DNA of 40,208 nt from Octopus sinensis (GCF_006345805.1 NW_021835313.1:1-40208), one strand, 5' to 3'; shown: positions 10,461 to 23,474, counted from the first letter of the stretch. The notes: generated from the sequence alone by a model not told the origin. Translations and numbers: made by a program.

Positions 10461-10975
10461 TGAGTGAAAGAGCAGTGCATGCTATCAAAGTGAAAATGGG
10501 GTAAAATATATGAAGCCCAGTATACCCATCATGACTACCCGTCTGATAAGGGTACACTAGGTACATGCATCACAACCATATGTGCGCGACTTGGTGATCT
10601 CATATCAAAATAAACAGCACATGACCTTGCAGGTGGGCCCCAGTTAGAAATTTCTACTGGTTGAGTAATCCATCCTGCTCAAAAAAAAATAAGGATTGTT
10701 TAAGGATGTTGAACGAAACACCCATGTTTCCAGAGGTAAATTATTCAAACCCTAAAGAATTCCTCTCAACACATGACTATGATGCTCCCCACATCGCCAG
10801 CCACTAAGGGACATGCTCAACTGGTTAAGGTCAAACAACTGACAAGCAAATCTGTGGTATTGAGCAGAATATTTGCTGTAGCCCATCTTTTATACCAAGA
10901 CAAAACAATGTACATAATAACCACTTCCAATCAGTTAAGATCAGAAGCCATGAGAGGCACTGCATCAGGACATTT
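10461..10975 (-). repeat. Unclassified (AAT)n-flanked interspersed repeat, probably a retroposon remnant
   Basis: A ~515-bp non-coding unit bounded by (AAT)n tracts at 10361-10460 and 10976-11020. It resembles a common octopus repeat by recall only. Confidence 0.4.
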
Positions 10976-11019
10976 ATCATTATTATTATTATTATTATTA
11001 TTTTATTATTATTATTACT

Positions 11020-11815
11020 ATTCTATGTTTGACTTTTGCTTTACATTTGTACAAGTTGGTTCCAAGTCTCACCCAGAGACCTCAAGATACAAGTTGGAAG
11101 TTCATGATGGTGTTATGCCTAGGGTGCCATATATTTGGTTTTGTACATAGTGTTGTTCTAGAGAATGTTTAAGAAACCATAAGAAAATTATGTTTGTTTT
11201 AAAATTTGAGATTACATAGAAAGTATTTTGCGTAGGATATGAGCAGTTCCCTTGGGCAATATCTTTTGAATTTCTGCCATTTCGGGGTTTCCTGGTATCT
11301 GAGCAAGGTAGCAACCAACCCCTTTCATTCAGCTATCATTCTCAGGGCACCTATGACAACAGGTATTGTTTTAGTTTTCCACATTTTGCTAATTTCGAGC
11401 ATTCGCTAACGATGTGCCATACCGTTTCACCCCTCTCACCACACATTCTGCATTTGTCGCTATCGCTATCGGTGTTGTCTATTCTGCACTTCATATAGTT
11501 GGTCCTTATCGCTTGTTCCTCAGCTGCGCATAAAAGTGCTTTTGTCTCTATCTTCAGGTCACTCCTCCTAATCCATAACCACCGACCCTCTCTATCTGTC
11601 ACGGCGTTCACCTGTACGTTTTCTTTTTCCTGCATGCTTTTTTTTGTTCATTTCTTGTTTAAATTTTTCTTTCGTTACACAACTTTCAGTTTTGATGACA
11701 CCGGCCTTCGTGTGTTTCAACAGTAGCTCCACGGTTTTTTTTATATACCACCCTATGCTAAGCTATTTTCCTCTGCTTCGATACGGTCTTGGCAACTGAT
11801 CAAACCTTTCCCGCT
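11020..11815 (-). mobile_element. R4/Dong-like (restriction-like endonuclease) non-LTR retrotransposon remnants
   Basis: Minus strand: KSGKGLISCQDRIEAEENSL (post-RT motif, ~11815-11755), LKIETKALLCAAEEQAIRTNY..KCRMCGERGETVWHIVSEC (CCHC finger, ~11555-11400), YLAQIPGNPEMAEIQKILPKGTAHILRKILSM* (C-terminus, ~11310-11213), then 3' UTR and (AAT)n tail. Confidence 0.75.
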
Positions 11816-11832
11816 CTTCATTATTATTATTA

Positions 11833-11891
<59 letters not shown>

Positions 11892-12139
11892 GTTAATTGG
11901 TTGCTTTTATTATTGTTAATTGGTTGCTTTTTTTCTGTAGCACCATTCTTTTTAAATGTTGTGCATCGAGTTCTTACATATATATATATATATAGGTATT
12001 TTTACATGGAGATGACTTGAGTTATGTCTTAAAACTATCGCAGTTAACAGCGTGTATGTGTGAGTGGTGCGTGCGTGTGTGTATGTTTGTGTGTTCATGT
12101 GTATGTATATGTATGTATATCTATCTATCGCCCTATCAG

Positions 12140-12199
<60 letters not shown>

Positions 12200-12201
12200 C
12201 C

Positions 12202-12232
<31 letters not shown>

Positions 12233-13370
12233 GTGTTTATATATATATATATACATATTTTATAAGAGTAAAGAGAGCATACATAAATGTGTACATAAGT
12301 ACACACACGCATACACACACTGACACATACATATTTATGCGCGCGTAAATAGTAAGAGAGAAATAATGGTAGCTAAAAAGAAGAGGGATAGAATAAGAGT
12401 GAAAGGGAGAGAGAATAAGAGAGAGAGAGAGAGGGGGGTTGGGGTGCTGTTGCACGTTGACCTGACAGTCTGCCAGAAAATGTAGAATGTAACAGTTCCG
12501 CCTGCATGAATTCTCACCTCGAGACACCTATTTGTTCCCATACAGCGCATGTGCAAACGAGCTGAAATGTCATCAAGTCACGGTTCACTGAACATATACA
12601 GAAAGCGTTGACAGCTTTGCTTGACGGTAAAGATAAATAAATAAAGGAATAGAAGAAAGAGTGGAGCGCCATGCCTTGTTGGAGATATCCACACAACTAT
12701 ACGTCCTACCACCACCACCACCACCACCACCATTACACCCTCCACCACCACCGCCGCTGCCACCACTTTATAGTCCTTCTGTATAAGCTTTGACAATGCA
12801 TATATTTACTTTAACTGCAGCAGCAGCTTCTTAGTTTAAAACCGCAATCGCTACCATCATCTCCATAGCATCTCGACTAATGCCATCATCACGAAACACT
12901 ATAAGAATCAAATGTACTATCACCAAAACTATCATTTTATCACCAAACCTATCATTTTAATCTTAGCATCACCACCACCACCACCACCACCACCAATTTT
13001 ACCAACACGACCACCAATAACAACGTCACCACCGCCACCACTACCACCAACACCAGACCTAGTGTAACTATCGATATTCCTACCACCGCCACCAAGCAAC
13101 AACGGCATCAACTCCATCAACACCACCGTAATCATAATCACAACCACCATTTCCACCGCTAATAGAATTCCACCGGTCATCCCCAACGAGTGAGTTAACC
13201 AAAGAGGAAGTCTCTACCTGATCTCTCGACCTGATAAAAATATAAAGCAAACTTTAAAAGAAATCTAAGCAATGTCTAAAATAACGGTGGATTGTTCATG
13301 GCTGGACCGTCTTTGATCATAAATCTGTAAAACAAAAGCAACAACTGTCATCATTATTACTACCATAATT

Positions 13371-13998
13371 AAGGTGGCGAGCTGTCTGAGTTGCTTTGTT
13401 AGCACGCTGGACGAAATGCTTAGCTGTATATCGTCCGTCGCTACGTTCTGAGTTCAAATACTGCCGAGGTCGACTTTGCCATTCGTCCTTTTCAGTCGAT
13501 AAAATAAGTACCAGTTGAACACTGGGGTCGCTGTAATCGACTCATTCCCTCCCCAAAATTGCTGCCCTTGTGGGAAAATTTGAAACTAAGGCGGCGAGCC
13601 AGAAGAATCGTTAAGCACGCCGGGCGAAATGCTTAGCGGTATTTCGTCTGCCTTTACGTTCTGAGTTCAAATTCCGCCGAAGTCGACTTTGCCTTTCATC
13701 CTTTCGGGGTCGATTAAATAAGTACCAGTTACGCACTGGGGGTCGATGTAATCGACTTAATCCGTTTCTCTGTCCTTGTTTATCCTCTCTGTGTTTAGCC
13801 CCTTGTGGGTAGTAAAGAAATAGGTATTTCGTCTGCCGCTATGTTCTGAGTTCAAATTCTGCCGAGGTCGGCTTTACCTTTCATCCTTTCGGGGCCGATA
13901 AAATAAGTACCAGCTGAACACTGGAGTCAATCTAATCGACCCACCGCCACCACCACCACCACCACCAAATTGCTGTCGTTGTGGCAAAATTTGAAACC
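13371..13998 (+). mobile_element. Three head-to-tail SINE family B copies (13371-13587, 13588-13823, partial 13824-13998)
   Basis: Repeated aagg(t/c)ggcgagc heads and gagttcaaat B boxes. The third copy restarts internally at gtatttcgtctgcc. Confidence 0.8.
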
Positions 13999-15381
13999 AT
14001 TATTACTACCATAGCTACCGTACTTCAGATGTCGCTCAAACTGCCAATTTACCTCCAACCCTACAAAAAAGTTCTAGCTTTGTACCTATGTAAAAAAATT
14101 TAATATGTAAGTAAATTTTCATTGAGTTTTCGGTTAGACTATGTTTCTATCTAAATGTTAAGTAATATCTAAATATAATCAACTATACAAAGATTAGTGT
14201 CCACTGTATTTCTTAGGCACATTTATCCGAATAATTTTATGAGCACTTTTGTGGGTCAATGTATTTTATGGCATAAAACTCGAAATATTCTGCCGTATGA
14301 TTTATAATTTAGTTTAAATGTAGAAAAAAATAAAAAGCTTGATAAAGTCAATTTTATAACTTATGACTTTCCAACGAATCATTTGTAAGTCGGGCAGTTA
14401 GCACGCAGTTAGCATTTAGCTCATCTTGCTGTAAAAATTTTGTCCGTTAAAATAACTATTTCAATTAAAATGATTCTCTAGAATCCCTTATTTCGTTTCT
14501 CCCTACTTAGCTGCAAAAAATTAACTATTTTTTAAACGACTTTTCGGGAGCCGTTTTTCTAATGTACAATTCAACAAGAACTTGATTCAAAATGCCTTTT
14601 ATCCAGCATACCAATTCCATCAAGAACCTGGAGTTTTTCCAACTACATTCGGTTTTTGAAAGAATCTATTTCGATTACATCTGAAACAAAATGGAATTTT
14701 CCACAACAAGCGAAAAAGTATAAACACTGATCCCAGCATTTAACTGAGAATCCTTTTATTTTACTCCAAGAATTGCTTATTTTAAATGAAAATTCTGACT
14801 TGCTAAGTACTTGCAGACTCGCCTCCTAGTATTTACTTTGTAATTACTTATCTCCCAACGAGTTACCCCTTTCATTTCTCTCGAAACAAACAGTTATTTC
14901 GCTGCAATCATTTTAATTCTACCCCCGCCTCCTATTTTGGTAAATAATTTATATATTTTACATTGCCGAGTTGTTTTCCTTTCATCGTTTAGCTATCTTG
15001 CATATTCCCCTTGAAAATATTTTTCAAGAAATTCCTTTTCCTTTCCATTTTGCATCTTTATGATCACTAATTTTCTTTAAGTTCCATTCTTACTTTCATT
15101 TCACTCGAGTTTTTTTTTTCGCATTTGTATTTTTATAAATGGTCTTTGTCTTCGACTATTATGGAGCTCTCTTATACTTTAGATTATTTACAATGTACGT
15201 ATTTGCACGAATTTGTATTTTGTTTTTTGCTCTTTCTTCTTATTTTATTTTCTCTCTTTTCCTGCTCTGTTGGCACATCCCGCTCTTGATACCTTCACTT
15301 TATGCAATGGTTTATGGGCCACCAATAATATTGTCTTAATCTTAACTATCTAGATGTGTGTGTGTGTCTATTTATGTATGC

Positions 15382-15414
<33 letters not shown>

Positions 15415-16171
15415 TGTATGTATGTATGTATGTATGTATGTATGTATGTATGTATAATTCGCCATGATAGATCACTAGCCACTAAACCTTATTTATTTGC
15501 TCTCCCTGTTTGTTTCTGTGTTACTTTCTGTCGAAGAGCGTAGGCTCGAAACGTAAAAGACTTTCTCACTTCCCGAGCGTTAAACTAATACATCTGTTTG
15601 TTGTTTACACACCCGTCTTCGTATTTTTTTGTTGTTGTTTTTGTAAATTCTCACTGTGTATAATTACATAGATACATATAAACGTGTTTGTGCGTATTTG
15701 TAGCATGAATGTGTATACATGTATTGACATACATACACACACACACACACACAGACAATTATTCATACTAACATCCATTAAACAGTCTAAACACATCCTA
15801 CTAATCTTGTGACATCTCTAAAATTGTAAGAATATAACATATTTGGCTATAACACGAGACAGACGTCGGCCACAAAAGACACCATCAGGTCAGAGTCACT
15901 TAAAACACCAACAACAGTTCCCCTGCAGCAAATCATCTTACTGGACAGGATAAACTCTTTCAAAAACCGAACGTACAGACAACTCTAGTCTCAATCACAT
16001 TCGACAAAGCAGCGATACATTGATTTAAAAATCTAAAACCTGATTCAGTTTAAAACCAAACAAGAATTTTAGTTCATGAATGCATCTAATAGACAATATG
16101 CATGACAGTTTTACATTAATGAAGGAAATCATATTATGATAGCAATACTGTTCAAAACACTACGAAAAGTG

Positions 16172-16598
16172 GGATCTTTTCAGTTTGAACGGCAGTTTCT
16201 TCTAGCGGTGTCATATGAAATTGTCACCCATAATTATGACCCTAGTATCGATCTATTGCATTTCAATCTGTTTTAGGGTTAGCGTTAGTTAAGGTTAGGG
16301 TTAGGGGTGGGGGAAGGGTATCTTTTTTCTTCACAAATGTAAATAAACCCAATCTGTTTTTTAAACGAGGGACATATTCATATGGCACAGAATGCTTTTT
16401 TACCTCAATTGACGTCAGTGATTGGTTGAAATGGCAGAAGAAGAAAAAAAAACAAATATCTTACAAACTATAGAATTTTCTCAATAAAGCCAAGAGAAAA
16501 AGATGTTATATAAACACATTCTACCAGTATACGAAGTTTTAAATTTTTTAGTTACCTAGAAATTATGTTAAAAACTGCCGTTCAAACCGAAAAGATCC
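16172..16598. mobile_element. MITE with 27-bp TIRs and 8-bp TSD
   Basis: TIR ggatcttttcagtttgaacggcagttt (16172-16198) / aaactgccgttcaaaccgaaaagatcc (16572-16598). GAAAAGTG is duplicated at 16164-16171 and 16599-16606. Internal (GGTTAG)-like repeats. Confidence 0.8.
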
Positions 16599-16899
16599 GA
16601 AAAGTGTATTTACTTTTTCAGATATATACCACTAATACGTAACATCCACGCTCAACTTCTAACTACACCAGAAGTAGTTCAAAACCGAAGCAATGCCACC
16701 TCAAGTATTGATTTATCACTGCTGAAAATACAACCCTAATTGCACCATTCTCATTTGCTCACAAGATATGAGACTTGCCTCTGAGCTAGTGATTTATTTA
16801 CGACAATACCAACATACTTACACTCGGAACATGCGAAGACTACACACAACTCATGCAAGCGCACACACATGCATACACATATTTGAACACATTATGTAT

Positions 16900-16935
<36 letters not shown>

Positions 16936-17070
16936 TTGCATGTGTATATTGTCCTGCTCATTTACGTTCGTAGTTGTGCTAATTCTCCTTGGAAACAATT
17001 CTTGGTGGTTGAGACCATAGCGGATCTATTTTAGCGCAAGAGTCGACCACATAGTGGACACTCTTATATT

Positions 17071-17103
<33 letters not shown>

Positions 17104-17138
17104 GCATATGTATCTGGATTTATGTATGTATATATATG

Positions 17139-17232
<94 letters not shown>

Positions 17233-17849
17233 GTATGTATGTATGTATGTATGCTCGCAAACACGCTAAACAGAGACAAAAAATCAAAATCACATAATGT
17301 GACAAGCAAGGGTAGTGGCGGTCAGTAAAGAAATGGAAAAGTCAGACGACACTCGTAAATTTCCCGCCAGAGAATTTGCTGACCAATTGCAGTAAGGCAG
17401 CCGCCATTGCGACATAACCAACTGGGAACTGAACGCTGTGCAATCTAGAAATAACTCCTAATAATCATGAATATTCCATCGAAATTAAAATAATCACGAA
17501 GAATATAAATTATTAGAGCCACTTAAATCCTAATGTATGTTTATTTTCTCTGATCTACTCTTTTCTACTCTTTTACATTTTGAGTCCCTCTCTTTCACAC
17601 CCTCTCTTTCCTCTGCTATTTTATTTATTCTCTCATCGCATCTTCCCCTTTCCTGCTTCTCTCTCTCGCTTTCTCTTTCTCTTTCTCTCTCTCTTTCTTT
17701 CTCTCCCTCCCTCACTCTCTCTCTCTCTCTCTCTCTCTCTTTGAATCTATATTTTTCCTGTCTTATGTTTATTTGTTACTTTGTGTCCCTCAACTATGTA
17801 TGTTTGTGTGTAGACTTTCACAAGCGCGCGCAGACACACGCACACATAT

Positions 17850-17886
<37 letters not shown>

Positions 17887-18741
17887 GTATGTATATGCAC
17901 ATACATACTTACACATTTACGCATACATGAGCACATATATGCGTAAGTGCATATTAACACACATATATGTATGTTTATATGCACTTAACAAACTAGTTAA
18001 CTTTCTTTTTCGTTATCAATCAGTCTATCAATCTGTCTATCGATCAATCGATTTTTCTTCCTTCCATTCTTGATTATTATGCTTATGTTCGTTTTCTTCT
18101 TTCTATCTTTCCATACATCTCTCTCTTCCCCCCCCCTCTCTCTCTCTTCTCTCTCTCTCACTCTTCCCACATCTCTCTGTATTTCCTTACTTAGCCATTC
18201 CTTTACCTTTTATTTCTCTTTTTCTTACTCTCTCTCTTTTCTCTTGCTCTCCCCTCCTTACACGTATTTTAACATAAACAAAAACAAACAGGTAAAAATG
18301 AAAGAATACAGAGTAAACAATTATAAAGATTATCATCCATTTTATCGTAGCGTCCGTGCTGGAAGGACATTGCCATTAATCCCATGGCGCATGTACCTCA
18401 TTCTAAATGGAAGAGCGGGAAGGTATGCGAGATTGGTGCGATTGATATATAGTTAAAAAGGTTGAGAGCGCAGTATAGCAAGATATAAGCTGCTGACATG
18501 CCAGGGCTGTTTTTGTCCCCACAATGAACCAACTTCAATTCACTTAGAGTGCTAAAGGTCATATTGTGCTATTCCCTTCCCGTTAGACATAGACAAATGC
18601 ATTCCTAGTGAAAAGGAACAAAACTCCTCTTCCCTACATCCAACTGTTCAAACTTTCAGACCTCTGGCACGCGTCTGTGATACATCCTCAGATGCATCAT
18701 ACGATATATCTGAGGACACATTTACCCCTCAGCTATATGAT

Positions 18742-19154
18742 TCTTTTACTCTTTTACTCTTTTACTTGTTTCAGTCATTTGACTGCGGCCATGCTGGAGC
18801 ACCGCCTTTAGTCGAGCAAATTGACCTCGGGACTTATTCTTTTTGTAAGCCCAGTACTTATTCTATCGGTCTCTTTTGCCGAACCGCTAAGTGACGGGGA
18901 CGTAAACAAACCAGCATCGGTTGTCAAGCAATGCTAGAGGGACAAACACAGACACACAAACACACACACATACATATATATACATATATACGACAGGCTT
19001 CTTTCAGTTTCCGTCTACCAAATCCACTCACAAGGTTTTGGTCGACCCGGGGCTATAGCAGAAGACACTTGCCCAAGATGCTACACGGTGGGAATGAACC
19101 CGGAACCATGTGGTTGGTAAACAAGCTACTTACCACACAGCCACTCCTGCGCCT
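18742..19154 (-). mobile_element. tRNA-derived SINE family A, near full length
   Basis: Same body as 35395-35797; plus-strand (tactcttt)n tail. Confidence 0.8.
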
Positions 19155-19448
19155 AATATTGTAGATGTCTATGCAATATGGATGAGAGGAAAAGCCTCAG
19201 TGGAACACAATGTATACACAATACAAACATAGTAGGCTCGTAGTCACCTTCGAGGCGTAACATGTGCCGTTATGAGCACCGACGACAGCGAACAACATGT
19301 GGCTGGGTTGTATACATTGAGATGCAGGTCCATATGATCTGATGGAAAACGGGCCGAGAGAATGCGAGCTGAAAGGAAGCGGGCTACGAGGAAGCGGGCT
19401 GAGAGGAAGCTCTCAATGAAAGTCGGACCTTGATAGCGAACGCATAAT

Positions 19449-19674
19449 ATCTATTTCTTTACTACCCACAAGGGGCTAAACGCAGAGAGGACAAACAAAC
19501 GGATTAAGTCGATTACATCGACCCCAGTGCGTAACTGGTACTTATTTAATCGACCCCGAAAGGATGAAAGGTAAAGTCGACCTCGGCGGAATTTGAACTC
19601 ACAATGTAGCGGCAAACGAAATAAGGCTACGCATTTCGCCCGGCGTGCTAACGACTCTGCCAGCTCGCCGCCTT
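19449..19674 (-). mobile_element. tRNA-derived SINE family B
   Basis: Closely matches the reverse complement of 13588-13823, including the agccccttgtgggtagtaaagaaatag tail. Confidence 0.85.
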
Positions 19675-19991
19675 GGCTATATATGCGAACGCATATATCG
19701 CCTAACCGTTGTTCCTTCCAAAGGTTCCGTCTGATCGAAATGGAGCATCTGTTCTGTCCTTCTTGTGAAAGGTGCGCGTTCCACTTGTCCATCTTGCTGT
19801 CAACATACTCTGCATAGACAATGTGCAGGTATGCGCTGAGGATGTATTGTCAACCATGTTCACAAAATGTTTTATATACATACAAACATACACACATACA
19901 CATATGGAGAGGAGGAGGGGAGAGAAAGACAGTGAAAGAGAGAGTTAGAGAAAGAGAGGGGATGGATGAAAGAGAGAGAGAGAGAGAATGT

Positions 19992-20061
<70 letters not shown>

Positions 20062-20662
20062 AAGAGAAAGAGATGGCGTGTAAGAGCAATAGTGTGATGT
20101 AGTCAAAGAAAGTAAGCAATTGGGAATTGTATGACGGGCTGCCATGAAATGTGATTTAAAGGTGAAAGAGAGGGGGAGACAGACAGACAGACAGACAGAC
20201 AGAAAGAGAGTGAGAGCGAGGAGAGAGTGAGAGGGAGAGAGAGAGAGAGAGCGGTAGGGAGAGGGGGAAAAACAGTGGAAAGAAATTACAATATATATAT
20301 ATAATTATATATATATATAATTATATATTATATATATATATTATATATATATATATATGTATTGTATGTATGTATGTATTGTATATATATATATATGTAT
20401 GTATGTATGTATGTTGATATATGTATGAAGTGTATATATGTATGTATGTGTGTATGTATGTATGGATGGATAGATGGATGGATGGATGGATGGATGGATG
20501 TACGGGGGAGACATAGAGAGAGACAGAGACAGAGAGAGAGAGAGATGGCATGTGAGAGCAGTAGTGTGACATGGTCATACAAGGTAAGCAGTTGGGAATA
20601 GTATGATGTGTTGCCATTAAATGTGATTTACTTGTTGCTGTGAAGCAAGGTGAGTGGGATGG

Positions 20663-20693
<31 letters not shown>

Positions 20694-20873
20694 AGCATGC
20701 ACGCATGTTATATGTATGTGATAGTGTGCAATGATAACGTGATATTTATTAAGAGGTAGCGGTGTTGCTGGTGACGGTGTTTGGAAAAGATATTGCGTTC
20801 GTGTGTTGATAGTATGTGTGTATGCAACAGTGATAATGGTATATGCATAATGATAACGATATATGTATATATG

Positions 20874-20918
<45 letters not shown>

Positions 20919-20996
20919 GTACTGATGGTTAAGGTGTATGTATAGCTACTAGTGTATGATATTGTGTGCTTGTCTCTGTGTGTGAGTATGTGAGTA

Positions 20997-21033
<37 letters not shown>

Positions 21034-21321
21034 CGATATATATATATATTAATCAAAATAAAAACATGATGCCAAGGATTCAGCGGTACATATGTTTCGG
21101 GCCTTTATTAGACGGATTTATAACAATGCATAATGTGCGTCTGTGGCCTTCTTCAGCCGCGCACAACTACTTCTTCAAGGACATGTATTACATCAAAAAT
21201 TCTTGGTTGGGGATGCAAATCCTCTCATTCGCGTACGACGTAATGCGGCAACAGCATAAAAATGAAGCGTCCAATACGAATATTTCAGTGTTTGGATGTG
21301 AGGACAGTGCATTCTGAGGAC

Positions 21322-21937
21322 GTGTACCGAGAGTGATAAACATCAAACATCCAGTCAACATCATGGTGTTTAAAGTGATAACTAGTGATGGCGACGCTAT
21401 GCCTCCATTCATCTTCCCACACGGCCTCAGACTCAACATGGAGGCCTACATCAAGTGCCTGGAGGAGGTAATGCTGCCCTGGATCAAGAGGGTGGCAGCT
21501 GGAAGACCCTATGTCTGGCAACAGGACTCTGCTCCATTCCACACAAACAGAACCCAGTCATGGCTGTCAGACAATTTTTTGCAACCACATCACATCTAAC
21601 ATTTGGCCGCCTAACTCCCAGACTGCAACCCCCTTGACTATTATGCGTGGGGGAGCGCAGTTGAGTGAGAGGCCAACAAAATTCCTCGTAACACCAAAGA
21701 TGAACTGAAGGCAAGAATTATGGCAGCATTCACCAACTTAAGCAAGGAGACTATCCAGAAGAGTTGCAGGAGATTTGGAAGTCGTCTGGAAGCCGTGGCG
21801 ATATTAATGAATAAATTTCCTCTTTAGTATTTCAAGATATTTTTATGTAATTTTGGTAAATATATCTGTTAAAATGAGATGTCAGTGCTATTTTCATTTT
21901 TGCGTAATTTAGACGACAGTTTATTCAGCGCACCCTT
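21322..21937 (+). mobile_element. Tc1/mariner relic of the maT (DD37D) type, 3' portion
   Basis: KHPVNIMVF..MPPFIFPHGLRLN..WQQDSAPFHT..WPPNSPDCNPLDY with frameshifts. The D..D spacing is 36 by my count and would be 37 with one restored residue. Right TIR-like end gcgcaccct followed by TA. Confidence 0.75.
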
Positions 21938-21957
21938 TATATATGCATGGTGATATA

Positions 21958-22677
21958 CGAGGTGCGTCCGAAAAGTATCCGGCTTTATTTGTTCCTTCCA
22001 AAACTAATGCTGTGAGGGCAAAATCTCTCGGGTGATAAGTGATGCCAACCTTACTGTGCGTGTGTGAAAAGTTTCGCGCCGGTAGGCTGCATCAATTCCT
22101 GTATGTTACAACTAGAGTACAAACATGTAGTATACGCTTGCCCAATTTTCTTTGTCACGTAAAATGAGCGGTCACATTGGCCAGAGATCGTAGACCCATG
22201 TTTCATCGCCAGTGATGACGATTTCATTGAAGTCTGGGTCGTGGTTTGCTCCTGTCCTGAACGATTTCCATGCTAAGTTGCATGCACAAATATTCTGTTA
22301 AAATGGAATACAATGATCCTATTTTTATTCCCAGTTCACGAGCTGTTTCCTAGATTGTTACTCGACTGTCTTCCATCACTATTCTCCGAGCTTTTTCAAT
22401 CGGCTCCTCGTTTCCGATTGTGGAGGGCCTGCCTAAGCGCGCGTCCTTATTCACTGAGGTGTGGCCATATTTGAAGCGCTTGGATCACACTTTGATCTGA
22501 GTTTTGCCAATGACATCATCACGAAAGGTCTGGTGAATCTTCTGGATAGTTTGAGTTTGAGCATCACCCAGCTTTTGGGAAAACGTAATGCAATATGCTC
22601 AAGAAGGGATTTTGCCTACGTGACATTAGTTTTGGCGGGGAAAAAATGAAGTCGGATCCTTTTTTGAATAAAGCTCG
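21958..22677. mobile_element. Mariner (DD34D-type) derivative with TA TSD, ~70-bp imperfect terminal IRs and an inverted internal transposase segment
   Basis: TA|CGAGG.. at 21956-21962 and ..CTCG|TA at 22674-22679. Plus-strand 5' leader up to ATG AGC GGT CAC ATT (22164). Minus-strand KLGD..QTIQKIHQTF..GRPST..TGDETWVY at ~22602-22187. Confidence 0.7.
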
Positions 22678-23029
22678 TATTTGTGATACTGGTTTCTGTA
22701 CTGTGATATATTTGTGAATGGAGATGTATAGCGATGGATTCTCTGGTGATGTATGTATGTATGTATGTATGTATGTATGTATGTATGTATGTATGTATGT
22801 ATGTATGTATGTATGCATGTATGTATGTAAGAATGTATGTATGCATGCATGTATGTGTGTATGTATGTATGTATGTATGCATGCATGTATGTATGTATAT
22901 ATGTATGTATGTATGCATGTATGTATGTATGTATGTATGTATTATGTATGTATGTATGTATGTATGTATGTATGTATGGAGACGGACGAAATGCCTGGCG
23001 GCATTTCGTCCGGCGTGCAAATTAATAAT

Positions 23030-23474
23030 GATGATGATTAGATGATTTCTTTATTAACCACCTACAGAACAAAACAAAGAGTGTGTGTATGTTTGAATTT
23101 GTGTTGTTGTGAGGGTTTTGTGTGTAGACAATATCAACATAATGAAAAAAAATCAGCTATGTGTAATCCTCAATAGGGAACAGGCGTTTGAGGGCTGCTC
23201 GTGAAAAAAACCCATAAAAACCATGGGTACCCTGACTTTTGGGACAGCTTCCTCTGTTCCTTTCCTTTTCTCCAATTACAGGCGTATGCTTAGGGCTCGC
23301 CCGTTCACTCGTACCATTCTCGCCACTCTCATCCACCATTCAGCAAACTGGCAAGAAGACAACGCTTCCTTCTCTGCCCTTATTTTCGTTTTCAAGTGAA
23401 ACTTGAAGAAGTTGATCAGGGATTTGCCAAATAGAAAAGTAATTACCTTCAGCTCCTTTAGACTCGTCCACCAT
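23030..23474 (-). mobile_element. 3' end of an L1/Tx1-like LINE (ORF2 C-terminus, 3' UTR, AATAAA, (ATC)n tail), left half of a split element
   Basis: Frame WWTSLKELKVITFLFGKSLINFFKFHLKTKIRAEKEALSSCQFAEWWMRVARMVRVNGRALSIRL* (stop at 23278-23276) continues in frame from 27520-27464 once the RTE insert is removed. Minus-strand AATAAA at ~23055-23050. Clade assignment is from recall of ORF2 C-termini. Confidence 0.65.

Noticed and set aside
16275-16310. Interstitial telomere or chromosome fusion scar
   Set aside because: Only a few imperfect TTAGGG units, located inside a MITE with TIRs and a TSD.
19350-19409. Four 15-bp GC-rich direct repeats (cgggctgagaggaag-like)
   Set aside because: A short degenerate minisatellite with no supporting context.
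22983-23012. Perfect 13-bp hairpin (cggacgaaatgcc/ggcatttcgtccg) as a terminator or ncRNA
   Set aside because: It is a fragment of the SINE B head stem (cacgccgggcgaaatgc..gtatttcgtc), with no independent evidence of function.
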